Origin: Eubacteriales bacterium
Lineage (GTDB): Bacteria > Bacillota > Clostridia > Oscillospirales > CAG-272
DNA length: 64,000 nt
Assembly (NCBI GenBank): GCA_041655935.1
Contig: JBBAEK010000006.1
Span: 3,390-67,389 of the forward strand
Reading direction: 5' to 3'
Made by a program: the position numbers and the translations under genes. This document shows positions 1 through 10,364 of the stretch, in pieces (positions within the stretch are counted from its first letter, which is position 1; each line of letters begins with the position of its first letter). Under the pieces are notes generated by a model. That model searched no databases and was not told the origin of the DNA. It worked only from the letters and a program-made list of their open reading frames with translations.

Positions 1-1768
1 AGGTGTCCATGAACAGGGCGAGGATGTCCAAGAAGTAGATTGACTCCACCCCTGCCAACGCCGTATCAATGAGATCGATGTCTTTGTCGAAAATCGCAAT
101 GACAATAGCGCCGATGTCCAAGTGGGCAATCAGCTCTTTGACGGTTTTTTGATCGGGGTTTTGATATGTAATGACGATTTGGCCATCTTCTATGGTATAG
201 GGTACCTTCAGGAACTGAGCAAGGTAGATTTGCCGGAACATGGCGTTGATGTCCAGCTTGAATTTTTCGTCCTCATACTTTAAGAGCGTGCCGATGGTTT
301 TCTCCCCCAGCACCAGGTCCAGCCCTAACTTCTCAAGATTCAGTACCAGTCCAAAAATATCCGCCAGCTTGATCTGGTCAAAACTTTCGTAAAGGGTCAC
401 CAACAGGGAGCCGCCGTTGAAGATGGCATCCACCAGCCCGCCGACATGCACGGACGCCAACAGCTCAAAAATGGTCGGGTTTTCGGGATCTCTATAGACG
501 ACCACATAGTTGCCGTCCTCGTCAAAATGAGCATCGACATTAAAGAAAGCACCTAAATACAAGTCCTCTGTCAGTGCCGGCACATAAAGCGAAACCTGGC
601 CGTCCTGATAGCGCAAGAAGTCACCGATAGTCTTGTCTGCGAACACATCGTCCAGTCCCAGCCTCTCGAGATTCAGCACCGTACCGAACAGGTCATTGAA
701 AGCAATGTCTTTCAGGTCAGCATAGAAAGCTCCCATCACATCCCCGTCGTCAAAAATGGCGGCGGCGATGGCTCCCAGGTTGAAGGGCGCCAGCAGCTCA
801 AGGAACGTCGGAGAGTCGGGGTTTTGATACTCAACGACAAACCTGCCGTTTACCGCCTGCCCGTCCACCCCGAAAATAGTCGCAAGGTACATATGTTCAA
901 AGACCCCGGGGATATACAGCTCGTACTCGCCGCTGTGACCAATCTCGCGGAAGAAAGAACCAATCCCCTTGTCTGCCAGAATCCTGTCTGTTTTAATGAC
1001 GGAGGGGTCAACGAAGAAGCGAATGATGTCGTTGAAGCGAATGTGTCCCAGACACTTGTAAATGGCGGTCTGCACAGACCCGCCTGCCGTGAAAATACCC
1101 AGCACCACGCCCAGGTCGATGGGCGCCAAAAGTTCAAACAAAGTGGGGGCCTCCGGGTTCCGATGCCGAACCACATACTCCCCCTCCTCGGTTTTCTCAT
1201 AGTCCACCCCTAAGAAAAAGCCCAACTGCACCCCTTGCAGGAACGCAGAATAATCCCCGCTCTCGGGGAAAATGATCTCATAAAGACTCTTGGTGCCGAT
1301 GGTTTCTCCCACCTCATCCCCCAGCACTCCCTCGGGGATGAACTGCAACAGGTAGTTGAGCGGCGTGTTATGTAAGAGAATATCCAGACCTTCGCTGGAG
1401 AACAACTTGCCAATCGCGGCATCCATGATGGCATCACTGGGAAGATATTTTGTGACTTCATCAGGCAAAAGCAACCCGTATCGATTGATTAGGTCATTAA
1501 GCGAGTATTCATCGGTCTCCCCCGCAACGCCCAGAATTTCCTCCAGCAGCTTTTGCAGGGTGATGCTGTTCACCGGCACTTCGGCATTCGGGTCAAAATA
1601 GTTCCCCGTATCAATGCCCATGCCAAACTCGTTAAGTTTGTCAATCGACACATTGCCGTAAATATATGCGCCGGCGCCCACAACGACGGCAATGCAGGAC
1701 AAAAATCCTATGGTAAAGACCAGGAAAAATGAGACAAACTGCACGATAAATTTGGAAAAGTACCTCAT
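1..1768 (-). CDS. Membrane-anchored tandem-repeat protein, 3'-truncated by the window edge (absent from the supplied ORF track)
   Basis: I translated the minus strand by hand from the ATG at 1768-1766. It reads MRYFSKFIVQFVSFFLVFTIGFLSCIAVVVGAGAYIYG..., a hydrophobic N-terminal anchor. Spot checks at the N-terminus (to about 1739) and at the last 60 nt (...LAGVESIYFLDILALFMDT) found no stop, and the frame appears open through to position 2. A unit of about 330 bp (about 110 aa) recurs at least 4 times. The anchor motifs ELIAHLDIGAIVIAIF, ELLASVHVGGLVDAIF, ELLAPFNLGAIAAAIF and ELLAPIDLGVVLGIF are encoded near 125, 460, 790 and 1125. Confidence 0.7.
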   Translation of the reverse strand, partial: MRYFSKFIVQFVSFFLVFTIGFLSCIAVVVGAGAYIYGNVSIDKLNEFGMGIDTGNYFDPNAEVPVNSITLQKLLEEILGVAGETDEYSLNDLINRYGLLLPDEVTKYLPSDAIMDAAIGKLFSSEGLDILLHNTPLNYLLQFIPEGVLGDEVGETIGTKSLYEIIFPESGDYSAFLQGVQLGFFLGVDYEKTEEGEYVVRHRNPEAPTLFELLAPIDLGVVLGIFTAGGSVQTAIYKCLGHIRFNDIIRFFVDPSVIKTDRILADKGIGSFFREIGHSGEYELYIPGVFEHMYLATIFGVDGQAVNGRFVVEYQNPDSPTFLELLAPFNLGAIAAAIFDDGDVMGAFYADLKDIAFNDLFGTVLNLERLGLDDVFADKTIGDFLRYQDGQVSLYVPALTEDLYLGAFFNVDAHFDEDGNYVVVYRDPENPTIFELLASVHVGGLVDAIFNGGSLLVTLYESFDQIKLADIFGLVLNLEKLGLDLVLGEKTIGTLLKYEDEKFKLDINAMFRQIYLAQFLKVPYTIEDGQIVITYQNPDQKTVKELIAHLDIGAIVIAIFDKDIDLIDTALAGVESIYFLDILALFMDT

Positions 1769-1833
1769 GATACAAGTTCCTTTCACTCGGTGATGCGGTC
1801 TATGATACACAGAATCATTTCACTATGTTTCAA

Positions 1834-1862
1834 ATTATATCATCAATTGCATTTTTTTGCAA
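1834..1862 (-). promoter_or_regulatory. Sigma-A type promoter for the repeat-protein gene
   Basis: On the minus strand: TTGCAA, a 17-nt spacer, then TATAAT. It lies in an AT-rich intergenic region about 65 nt upstream of the ATG at 1768. Confidence 0.55.
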
Positions 1863-2036
1863 GGGATAATGTTAAGATTTTTAACTTTTTTTTAAACTTT
1901 TACTTTGGAACGAAAAAACGACGCCCCGCGCCCGTCCCGATAGTGTCCCGCCGTGCATTTCCGCTCGGCTCCGAACGCGACACGAAAAAAGAGAAAGCCG
2001 CCCCTCGGCAGCTTTCCCTTGCAAATATCTGCGCAC

Positions 2037-4925
2037 TTAGTTGACAATGACATCAAACAGCTCCCGAGCGGCATCCAGTTTGTCCGAGGCCCCCACCACA
2101 CAGCAAACCCTGTCCTGCAGCACATGGCGCAACACATCCGCATAGCCGCGAATCTGCTCCGCCGTGGTGCGCAACACCTCGGTGCGCCTTTTTTGGCGGT
2201 GCTCCAGGGTGATCCCGCGCAAAAAGCGGCTGTCCCCCACCTCTCCCTTTTCCCGCGGCAGCATCGGGCGGTCAAGTCCGGACAGGGTGCCGATGATATA
2301 CTTGGTCATCTCCCGTTCATCCGGGTGAAAGTCTTCCAGATAAGCCACCGCTTGATCAAAGACACTCAGCGTGCGCTGAATGTGCGGGTCCCGGTAGGAG
2401 GTGAACAGCATGGTGCCCTGTTCGGTCACGGACATCCCTGTGCCGTAGGCCCCGCCCTGCACACGCACCCGGTTCCACAGGTAATCCAGCGTGATGATTT
2501 TGGCGAGCACCTGCATCCCGCCCGAAAAGGCGTACCCCTTTTTCCTGAAATCCGCCCCCATCGCATCAAAGGAAACAGCGGCAGGGATGCGAATGCCCTC
2601 CTTGGCGGCCGTGGAGGAAAATACCGGCAAAACCGACTCTAAAACCGTCGAATTTTCAGGCATTTGCACATATTTATTTGCATATTTCTGAAAAATTGAG
2701 TCGTTCCCAGTGACGGAAAATGTCATGTTTTCTTTGCAAAAAATCTGCTCGGACAGCTCTTTCAGCCGCCCGCAAATCTCCTGAATATCGGCAGCGGCGA
2801 CGGCTTTGATGAACTGATAGTAGGCATACCCGCCAAAGGCATCCTTGTACTTGCCCTCGGTGGTGAGCTTGGCACTCACCCTGCCGGCGGCGATGGAAGT
2901 ACCCGAGGAGACCAGCACCTGCTCCATGGCAATCAACTGCTGCTGCACAATCTGCCTGACCTCGCTCGCCTCAAACACGGTTTCGAGGCAGACCTCTTCG
3001 ATCAGCTCGGTCGCGGATGCTATATTTTGCTCCAGTACGCTGCACTTCACCGTCAGGTAGCTCGAGAGCTCCTCCCTGTCCAGGCGCGCATAGGCGGCAG
3101 GAACAAAAATCAGGTCTCCCAGCGTCCCCTTGATGGCGGTAAAGAGAGCCAGGGCGGAGCGGCGGCGGGTGGCTGCCTTGCCCAGCACCTTGGCGAGCAG
3201 CGCCACCAGCGACATCCGGTCAAACGGAATATGCCGCAGGTCAAAGTAGCAGTTGAGATAGCCAATCCCATTGGTGAAAATATCGTGCCGGATGGTCGAA
3301 ATGCCGTCTATCTCCACCTTGGCGGTGGGAATGTCGGGCTGTGCATCGGGGTTAATATCGTTCAGTGTCAGCATCGGCAAGGACCGGAGAGCCGCCTCGC
3401 TGTCCGCCGTTTGCTGGAATGCCTGCAGGCGCCGGTTTTTGTCGCTCAGTTCGGCGAGCACTGCCTCCGTGTGACTTTCTTTGAAGCGCCGCACTCTGTC
3501 CCGCTCGGCCTGCATTCTTGCCTCTGCCAGGGTGCGGGAGGGCGTCAGCACCACCAGCGCGCTGTGCCGGCTGTCCGGCACCACCCGCCGCAGCAGCTCC
3601 TCCGGGTAAGTCGTGTCCAGCTTTTCACGGATGCCTTTCAGGATGTCCAGCCCGCTCAGGTAGGCAATGGGGTCGCCGCCATATAACCAGCCGTCCATGA
3701 CCGTCATGGCGTGCAGCACGCCGCTTGCCGTGCCGTTGTTGTCTCGTTCACGGTAGCTGAACTCGAAGTTGTTAATGGTCGCTTTGAGCTCATCCCTGTC
3801 AATCCCCTGCTCACAGAGCTTGGTTACCGTGTCCCTGAGCACCTGTAAAAACTGCTCGGCATTCGCAGGATTGCTTTTCCGCAAAGAGAAATAGAGATAG
3901 GGTTGCAGGAGGCCGTCAATCACATGAGCCGAAAAGTCTTTCCCCAGCCCCGCATCCAGCACAGCCTTTTTCAGCGGCGCATTGTTGGACCCGGCAATGG
4001 TATTGAGAATGATTTGCGCCGTCATGATGGTTTCACGATCGTCATAATCGCACAGCATATAGGCGGCAGCCATGCGGGCGTTGTCGGTCTCCTCGTCCTC
4101 CTGCCCGATCTCATACTGCCCTTCTCTTTTGACAAACCCGATCGGTTTTTGCTTGTCAATGGTGACCGTCTGGTGCTTTCGGTCATAGGCGGACAGGTAC
4201 TCCAGATTCAAAAAGGAGAGCTTTTCCTGCAAATCCATTTGCCCATACAGAAAAATATAGCTGTTCTCCGGGTGGTAAAACCGCTCATGCGCGTCGAGAA
4301 ACTGCCGGTAAGTCAGCTCGGGAATCGAGACCGGGTCGCCGCCCGACTCAAAGCGATAGGCGGTATCGGGGAACATCGCCTGGCAGCAGGCATGATAGAG
4401 CACCGTGTCGGGTGAGGAATGTGCCCCCTTCATTTCGTTGTAAACCACGCCGTTAAAATAGGGCGCTTCCTGCGCGGGCAACTCGCAATGCCAGCCTTCC
4501 TGCATGAAAATTTCCTCTTTGTCATAAATGCAGGGCTGTAGCACCGCATCCATATACACGCTCATCAGGTTCATAAAGTCCTTCTCGTTGGTGCTGGCGA
4601 ACGGGTACATGGTCTTGTCGGGGAAGGTCATGGCATTGAGAAAGGTTTGCATGGAGCCCTTGAGCAGTTCAACGAATGGCTCCTTGGTCGGGTATTTATC
4701 AGACCCACACAGCACCGAGTGTTCCAATATGTGAAAAACCCCCGTGTCATCCTCCGGCACCGTTTTGAAGGTGATGGAAAAGACCTTTTCCAGGTCGTCG
4801 TTTTCTACATAGAGCAACTGCGCTCCGCTTTTATCGTGCACGAATTGGTACGCCTTGGCGTCCAGTTCAGGTACCTCACAAATCCGCTTCAATGTAAAGC
4901 CGTGGTAGGCAACTCCAATGTTCAT
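2037..4925 (-). CDS. M16C (PreP/insulinase-like) zinc metallopeptidase
   Basis: The HxxEH zinc motif sits in FHILEHSVLCGSDKYPTKEPFVELLKGSMQTFLNAMTFPDKTMYPFAS, which is typical of M16C. I trimmed the start to MNIGVAYHGF (ATG at 4925), which is preceded by AAGGGAGAA. The ORF-track start at 5012 lacks an RBS. Confidence 0.9.
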   Translation of the reverse strand: MNIGVAYHGFTLKRICEVPELDAKAYQFVHDKSGAQLLYVENDDLEKVFSITFKTVPEDDTGVFHILEHSVLCGSDKYPTKEPFVELLKGSMQTFLNAMTFPDKTMYPFASTNEKDFMNLMSVYMDAVLQPCIYDKEEIFMQEGWHCELPAQEAPYFNGVVYNEMKGAHSSPDTVLYHACCQAMFPDTAYRFESGGDPVSIPELTYRQFLDAHERFYHPENSYIFLYGQMDLQEKLSFLNLEYLSAYDRKHQTVTIDKQKPIGFVKREGQYEIGQEDEETDNARMAAAYMLCDYDDRETIMTAQIILNTIAGSNNAPLKKAVLDAGLGKDFSAHVIDGLLQPYLYFSLRKSNPANAEQFLQVLRDTVTKLCEQGIDRDELKATINNFEFSYRERDNNGTASGVLHAMTVMDGWLYGGDPIAYLSGLDILKGIREKLDTTYPEELLRRVVPDSRHSALVVLTPSRTLAEARMQAERDRVRRFKESHTEAVLAELSDKNRRLQAFQQTADSEAALRSLPMLTLNDINPDAQPDIPTAKVEIDGISTIRHDIFTNGIGYLNCYFDLRHIPFDRMSLVALLAKVLGKAATRRRSALALFTAIKGTLGDLIFVPAAYARLDREELSSYLTVKCSVLEQNIASATELIEEVCLETVFEASEVRQIVQQQLIAMEQVLVSSGTSIAAGRVSAKLTTEGKYKDAFGGYAYYQFIKAVAAADIQEICGRLKELSEQIFCKENMTFSVTGNDSIFQKYANKYVQMPENSTVLESVLPVFSSTAAKEGIRIPAAVSFDAMGADFRKKGYAFSGGMQVLAKIITLDYLWNRVRVQGGAYGTGMSVTEQGTMLFTSYRDPHIQRTLSVFDQAVAYLEDFHPDEREMTKYIIGTLSGLDRPMLPREKGEVGDSRFLRGITLEHRQKRRTEVLRTTAEQIRGYADVLRHVLQDRVCCVVGASDKLDAARELFDVIVN

Positions 4926-4951
4926 AGCGTTCTCCCTTTTCCTTTTGTCAT

Positions 4952-4980
4952 AGTATACCACGCTCCCCCGCGTATTACAA
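4952..4980 (-). promoter_or_regulatory. Extended -10 promoter for the M16 peptidase gene
   Basis: On the minus strand: TTGTAA, a 17-nt spacer, then TGGTATACT. Confidence 0.5.
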
Positions 4981-5112
4981 GCAAACTTTTCTGCCCGCGC
5001 GTTTTTTAACAAAGAAGGCGGCGCACTTCACCGGGGAACCTCCAACAAAAACGCCCTTGACACCCAAAACCCCCACTTCTCCCGACAAATTCACAGACCG
5101 CTCCCCCTGCCC

Positions 5113-5155
5113 AAAAAGGCTGCCGCAACTCAATCCCGTCGCGGCAGCCCCTTTT
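5113..5155 (-). terminator. Rho-independent terminator after the LRR gene (bidirectional shape)
   Basis: GGCTGCCGC (5118-5126) pairs with GCGGCAGCC (5141-5149). On the minus strand a TTTTT run follows; on the plus strand CCTTTT follows. Confidence 0.6.
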
Positions 5156-5212
5156 CATCTTTTGAACCATCTCAAAGTTTGAAATAGCCCTAACATCCAA
5201 AGCCCCCTCCGA

Positions 5213-8200
5213 TTAGGGGTTGCGTTTCCAGTGTTCGGTGTAAAATCGATCTTGTTTCAAGCGGATCGCATTTTCCGCCGGATTGGTGACATCCACAGAG
5301 GTCCCGCTGGTGTAGGTCAGGTATCTGGTTAGATACCAACCGCTTGTGTTGACGAATGTCACGCCGGTTAAGCTGCTGCAAGCAAAGAACGCCTGCTCTC
5401 CGACCAAAGTCACGCCGCCTGGGATAGTGACAGTTGTCAGAGCGCTGCAGTCAGAGAACGCCCGCGAATCAATCGTGGTCAGGCTCTCAGGGAAAACAAT
5501 AGCGCTCAGCGCACTGCAACCAGAGAACGCGTCTGCACCGATAAAGGTCAACCCCTCGGGGAGGGTGATAGAGGTCAGACCGCTGCAAAGGGAAAATGCA
5601 GTGCTGCCGATGGTGGTCACGCCCTCAGGGAGCACAACAGTGCTTAAACCCCTGCAATCATAGAACGCGCCTGAACCGATAGAGGTCACGCCCTCAGGGA
5701 TGCTGATAGCAAGCAACCCGCTACCGGCAAAAGCAGATGGGCCGATAGAGGTCACGCTACCGTCATCGGGTATGATGCTGTTTTGGCAGCCCCTTATGAG
5801 CACCTGTGTGGCCGTCTCGATTAGACAATTGCCGCTGCTATGATAGACCGTATTACCTTCGTTCACTGAAATAGAGGTCAGGACACCGCAACCAAGGAAC
5901 GCCCCCTCACCGATGGTGGTCACACTGGCGGGAATATTGATAGAAGTCAAGGCGCTGCAAAAGGCGAACGCCTGCTTGCTGATGCTGGTCAAGCCGCCCC
6001 CGATCACCAAGGTGGTCAGCTCACCGCAACTAAGGAACGCCCCCTCACCGATGGCAGTCACACTGTCAGGGATGGTGAGAGACGTCAATTTGGCGCAACC
6101 CTCAAACGCCTTCACGTCGATGGTGGTCACGCTGTCCCCGATCACCAAAGTGGTCAGTTCGCCGCAACCATAGAACGCCCAAGGGCCGATGGTGATCACA
6201 CTGTCGGGGATGATGACAGAAGTCAGGGAAGTGCAGTAGCGGAACGCTCTGTCGCCAATCGAAGTCACGCCATTCCCTATCACGACAGAGGTCAGTTTCG
6301 TACACTGATAGAACGCCTCGAAATCGATTTTAGTCACGCTCTCCGGAATCGTCAGGCTGGTGCCTTGATAATTGCGAAAGGCAGCCTGCCCTATGGTGGT
6401 GATGGAAGGATTCTCCCCCCATAGGATGGTGGCGGCGCAAGCAGAGAAGGCATAAGGGCCAATAAATTTCACACCGTCCCCTATCAGAACGGATGTAAGC
6501 CCGTTACACCCGGAAAATGCTGCCTCGCCGATAAAGGTTGCACTGTTAGGGAGGGTCAGGGAGATAAGCCCGCTGCAACCCCAAAACGCATAGGAAGCGA
6601 TCGTTTTTAGACTGTCAGGGAGGGTCAGGGAGGTAAGCCCGCTACAACCGGAAAATGCCCCTTCAGCAATAGATGTCACGCTGCCGTCACTCGGTATGAT
6701 ACTGCCGTTAGAACCTCGCAGCAGTTCCTTGGTTTTGGTTTTGATCAAACAATTGCCGCTGCTGTGATATTTCGTATTTCCCTCGCTCACAGTAATCGAG
6801 GTAAGCCCGCTGCAAGCGTAAAATGCCCGCTCGCCGATATAGGAAACGCTGTCGGGGATTTCAATAGAAGTCAATTTTCTGCAAGCATAAAATGCCCGTG
6901 CGCTAATAGAGAGCACGCCATCTAAAATGGTGACGGAAGCAAGCTCTCTACAATTGTAAAATGCGTCAGAACCGATGTTTTTCACACCGCTCCCTATCTC
7001 GATAAAGGTAAGCGCACTGCAGCCGTAGAATGCGTAAGAGGAGATATAAGTCACGCCATTTCCTAACATGACGGAGACAAGCCCGTTGCAACCCACAAAC
7101 GCCTTGCTCGGTATATTCCCCCCAGTAATGGTAACCGTTTGTAGCGAGGCGGGGAGATAGTAGGTGGCCTTGTCTGTTGTTCCGTTGCCATATTGCTGGA
7201 TCGTCTTCACACCCCCGTCATAAATACTCCTGCCAAAGATGTAACCGAACAGTCCGCTGGTTACGTCATCGGGTATCCTTGCTTCAGAGGCGCCAACAAA
7301 AGGCAGCGTGAGGGTTGTTAACGCACTACATCCAGCAAAAGCCCACTCTCCGATAGCCGTCACACCCTCCCCTATCGTTACGGTGGTAAGGCTGCTGCAA
7401 TTTGAGAAGGCACCGCTCAAAATCTGCCCCCCGGTAACCGTCACCCTCTCCAGCGCGGCGGGGATATAGCCGGTTGCCCCTTTATAGTAGCTATACCACT
7501 GTGTCGTCTCCACACCCCCGGCATAACTGTCTGCGCCAAAGAGGTAGCCCAGCAGTGTGCTGCTCGAAGCTTCCTCCGGCAGGGGAGTGGCGCCGACAAA
7601 AGGCAAAGTGAGGGTGGTCAGCCCGCTGCACCCCGCAAACACGCCCGCCCCGATAAAAGCCACGCTGTCCGGGATGGTGGCGGAGGTGATGCCGCTGCAC
7701 CCCGCAAACACGCCCGGCCCGATAAAAGTCACGCTGTCCGGGATGGTGACGGAGGTGATGCCACGGCACCCCTCGAAGGCAAAGCCGACAATATTCACAA
7801 CGGGCAGTCCCTCTATTTCGGCGGGAATATCCAGGGTGGTTTGCGTCGCCCCCCGCTCGGTCAAGCCTGTGATGACGCAGGCATCTTCCGTTTGCAGAAA
7901 GGTGAACAGCGACGAAGCCGCCATCGGCTTCCACTTGGCATACACCGACACATTCGCGGAAAGCGGCTCCTCTAACAGCGCGTTTTCGTCAAAGGCTTGT
8001 TCCCCCTCACCCCTGTCCCAAAACCACCCGTCAAAGTCATACCCATCCTTTTGCGGGTCGCTTGGCATCTGGATAGCTTCCCCTCCGTTGGTATGCAACG
8101 TATGGTAGGTTTCCCCATCTGTAATAAATGAAACCCTAAAGCCGGCTCGCTCCACACAAGCCGCAAGGGTCAGTACGACGGTCAGCACGATGAGCAAAAC

Positions 8201-8227
8201 CGCCACATAGGTCGCCGTTCTTTTCAT
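5213..8227 (-). CDS. Surface lipoprotein with a Listeria-Bacteroides repeat (Flg_new-like) domain and about 30 BspA/TpLRR-type leucine-rich repeats
   Basis: A signal peptide and lipobox are present (LTLAAC). The motif GYDFDGWFWD...VYAKW follows. Then come many 23-aa units of the form LTSVTIPDSVTxIGxxAFxGCxx. Confidence 0.85.
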   Translation of the reverse strand: MKRTATYVAVLLIVLTVVLTLAACVERAGFRVSFITDGETYHTLHTNGGEAIQMPSDPQKDGYDFDGWFWDRGEGEQAFDENALLEEPLSANVSVYAKWKPMAASSLFTFLQTEDACVITGLTERGATQTTLDIPAEIEGLPVVNIVGFAFEGCRGITSVTIPDSVTFIGPGVFAGCSGITSATIPDSVAFIGAGVFAGCSGLTTLTLPFVGATPLPEEASSSTLLGYLFGADSYAGGVETTQWYSYYKGATGYIPAALERVTVTGGQILSGAFSNCSSLTTVTIGEGVTAIGEWAFAGCSALTTLTLPFVGASEARIPDDVTSGLFGYIFGRSIYDGGVKTIQQYGNGTTDKATYYLPASLQTVTITGGNIPSKAFVGCNGLVSVMLGNGVTYISSYAFYGCSALTFIEIGSGVKNIGSDAFYNCRELASVTILDGVLSISARAFYACRKLTSIEIPDSVSYIGERAFYACSGLTSITVSEGNTKYHSSGNCLIKTKTKELLRGSNGSIIPSDGSVTSIAEGAFSGCSGLTSLTLPDSLKTIASYAFWGCSGLISLTLPNSATFIGEAAFSGCNGLTSVLIGDGVKFIGPYAFSACAATILWGENPSITTIGQAAFRNYQGTSLTIPESVTKIDFEAFYQCTKLTSVVIGNGVTSIGDRAFRYCTSLTSVIIPDSVITIGPWAFYGCGELTTLVIGDSVTTIDVKAFEGCAKLTSLTIPDSVTAIGEGAFLSCGELTTLVIGGGLTSISKQAFAFCSALTSINIPASVTTIGEGAFLGCGVLTSISVNEGNTVYHSSGNCLIETATQVLIRGCQNSIIPDDGSVTSIGPSAFAGSGLLAISIPEGVTSIGSGAFYDCRGLSTVVLPEGVTTIGSTAFSLCSGLTSITLPEGLTFIGADAFSGCSALSAIVFPESLTTIDSRAFSDCSALTTVTIPGGVTLVGEQAFFACSSLTGVTFVNTSGWYLTRYLTYTSGTSVDVTNPAENAIRLKQDRFYTEHWKRNP
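7625..7762. repeat. Near-perfect 69-bp tandem duplication (one LRR unit) inside the LRR gene
   Basis: Unit 1 (7625-7693) and unit 2 (7694-7762) differ at 3 of 69 positions. Confidence 0.9.
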
Positions 8228-8283
8228 GACCTTTCCTCCATAGTCGTTTCATAGAGCGATACCTGTCAAGATGCATATAATAC

Positions 8284-8312
8284 ATGATATCTTAAAAAGA
8301 TAAATTTGGCAA
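8284..8312 (-). promoter_or_regulatory. Sigma-A type promoter for the LRR gene
   Basis: On the minus strand: TTGCCA, a 17-nt spacer, then TATCAT, about 55 nt upstream of the ATG at 8227. Confidence 0.5.
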
Positions 8313-8445
8313 GCCTTTTTTGAAAAATCCTGAAAATCTTGGAAACAAAACGGAGAAAACCAGAGCATCCGCACTGTTTTTCGCAGTTCTTTGGCTCTGG
8401 TTTTGTGAGGCGCTTGACGATAGTCCCTTCGTTGCCCCGCCTAGG

Positions 8446-9645
8446 CTATACGGCTCTGAGCGCGTCTATGGGGTGCAGGCGTGCCGCTTTCCGGGCGGGC
8501 AGAATGCCGAAAATAATGCCCAGCACCAGTGAAAACACCGTCGCGCCCAACAGGGTGGTGATGCGGTACCCAAAGGCGTAGCCGATCAGCACAGACGCCA
8601 CATAGGAAAGCCCCAGTCCCAGCAGGATACCAAGGACGCCCCCCGCCACGCTGATGATGACCGCCTCCATTAAAAATTGCAGTAAAATGACCCTTGGTTT
8701 CGCCCCCAGCGCCTTGCGCAGGCCGATTTCGGCCGTCCGCTCGGTCACGGTGACCAACATCATATTCATGATGCCAATGCCCCCTACCAACAGCGCGATA
8801 GCGGCAATCCCCGCCAGCATGCCCAGCGCCAGATCGGTGATAGATACCACCACATCCATCACCTCCTGCTGGTTAAACACCGTGTACCCGCGGTTGTCGT
8901 TCATCAGCTCGGTGCACAGCTCGTCAATGGCAAGCATGGCCGCCTGCATATCGTCGGTGTTGCGGATGATGGCGTCAAAGGTCCGCACCAGTCCCATGCC
9001 CAGTGTCTGCATCGCCACCGTATACGGCACCATCACGGCCGTGTTGGCGGACGTATCCACCCCCACCAGTGTGCCCATCACCCCGACAATCACAAACTCC
9101 ACATTTTGAATTTTCAGCCGCTCTCCCACAGGATTGTAGTTGCCGTACAGGCTTTTCCAGACTTGGTATCCCAGCACACAGACATTCGTGGAAAAGTCCA
9201 CGTCGCTCGCCGTAATCCCCCGCCCATACAGCAGCGAATCTTGCTTGACCGTGGCGCCATAGTAGTTGTCGTTGATGCCCATGATCCGTATACCGGTAAA
9301 GTGTGTTTCATCATACAGGCTGTTGGTCAGCGCAGGGTCCAGCAGGACATTCTTGCGGGAGGAAATCGAGGGGGAGAGGCCCTCCACCCCGTCGATCGCC
9401 TCAAAGGCGGAAAGTTCCGCCACAGTAAAGCCGGACTTCATTCTCGTGTTGGTAATGGAGACCGACACACGGTTGCCGCCCAGCCCCGAGAGCTGGTCAA
9501 TGACCGCGTAGGTCACCCCCTGCCCAATGGTAATGAACGCAATGATGGAGGAGATGCCGATGATGATGCCCAGCATGGTGAGAAAGGTTCTCATTTTATT
9601 GCTCAGCAAGTTTTTGACGCTGATTTTCAGAATATTGAGAATCAT
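8446..9645 (-). CDS. ABC transporter permease, MacB/FtsX family
   Basis: The layout is an N-terminal TM helix, a large extracytoplasmic domain and a C-terminal FtsX-like 3-TM bundle. The gene overlaps the upstream ATPase gene by 4 nt. Confidence 0.9.
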   Translation of the reverse strand: MILNILKISVKNLLSNKMRTFLTMLGIIIGISSIIAFITIGQGVTYAVIDQLSGLGGNRVSVSITNTRMKSGFTVAELSAFEAIDGVEGLSPSISSRKNVLLDPALTNSLYDETHFTGIRIMGINDNYYGATVKQDSLLYGRGITASDVDFSTNVCVLGYQVWKSLYGNYNPVGERLKIQNVEFVIVGVMGTLVGVDTSANTAVMVPYTVAMQTLGMGLVRTFDAIIRNTDDMQAAMLAIDELCTELMNDNRGYTVFNQQEVMDVVVSITDLALGMLAGIAAIALLVGGIGIMNMMLVTVTERTAEIGLRKALGAKPRVILLQFLMEAVIISVAGGVLGILLGLGLSYVASVLIGYAFGYRITTLLGATVFSLVLGIIFGILPARKAARLHPIDALRAV

Positions 9646-10364
9646 GTCTCTGCCTCCTCGCTGTCAGAAAAGACGCCCTCCCCCTCTCGGTAGAGCCTGC
9701 CGTCCAGCAACCGCACCACCCGCGAGGCATAGGCGGAAACCCGGGGGCTGTGCGTAATCATCACAATAGTCTTGCCTTCCCGGTGCAATTGCTCGAAAAT
9801 CTCCATGATCTGCACCCCCGTCTTCTGGTCCAAAGCCCCCGTCGGCTCATCCGCCAAAATCAGGGACGGGTTGCCCGCGAGCGCCCGCGCGATGGCCACC
9901 CGCTGCTGCTGGCCGCCCGAGAGCTGTGCGGGTGTGTTTTGCAGCTTATCCCCCAGCCCCACCTTCTCCAGCATCTGCCGCGCGACTTCGGCACGCTCCC
10001 GTTGCGGGTAGCGGCCGTAAATCAGGGGCAGCATCACATTGTCCAGCGCACTCATCCGCCCGAGCAACTGAAAACTTTGAAAAACAAAGCCGATTGCCCG
10101 GTTGCGAATGACCGCCAGTTGATTTTCGGACAGCAACGAGACTTCTTTTCCGTTCAGGCGGTATGAGCCTGCGTCTGCCGTATCCAGACAGCCGATGATG
10201 TTCATCAAAGTGGACTTTCCGGAGCCCGAAGGGCCCAAAATGCAGACAAACTCCCCCGCCTGCACCTCAAAATCGATACCAAACAAAACCTGGAGTGCCA
10301 CTTCCCCCATCTGATATGTTTTGTCGATACCCCGCATGGATAGCACGTTTTTTTCCATAGCCAT
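9642..10364 (-). CDS. ABC transporter ATP-binding protein (MacB/LolD type)
   Basis: Walker A is GPSGSGKST, the signature is [15 protein letters not shown] and Walker B is [12 protein letters not shown]. Confidence 0.95.
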   Translation of the reverse strand: MAMEKNVLSMRGIDKTYQMGEVALQVLFGIDFEVQAGEFVCILGPSGSGKSTLMNIIGCLDTADAGSYRLNGKEVSLLSENQLAVIRNRAIGFVFQSFQLLGRMSALDNVMLPLIYGRYPQRERAEVARQMLEKVGLGDKLQNTPAQLSGGQQQRVAIARALAGNPSLILADEPTGALDQKTGVQIMEIFEQLHREGKTIVMITHSPRVSAYASRVVRLLDGRLYREGEGVFSDSEEAET

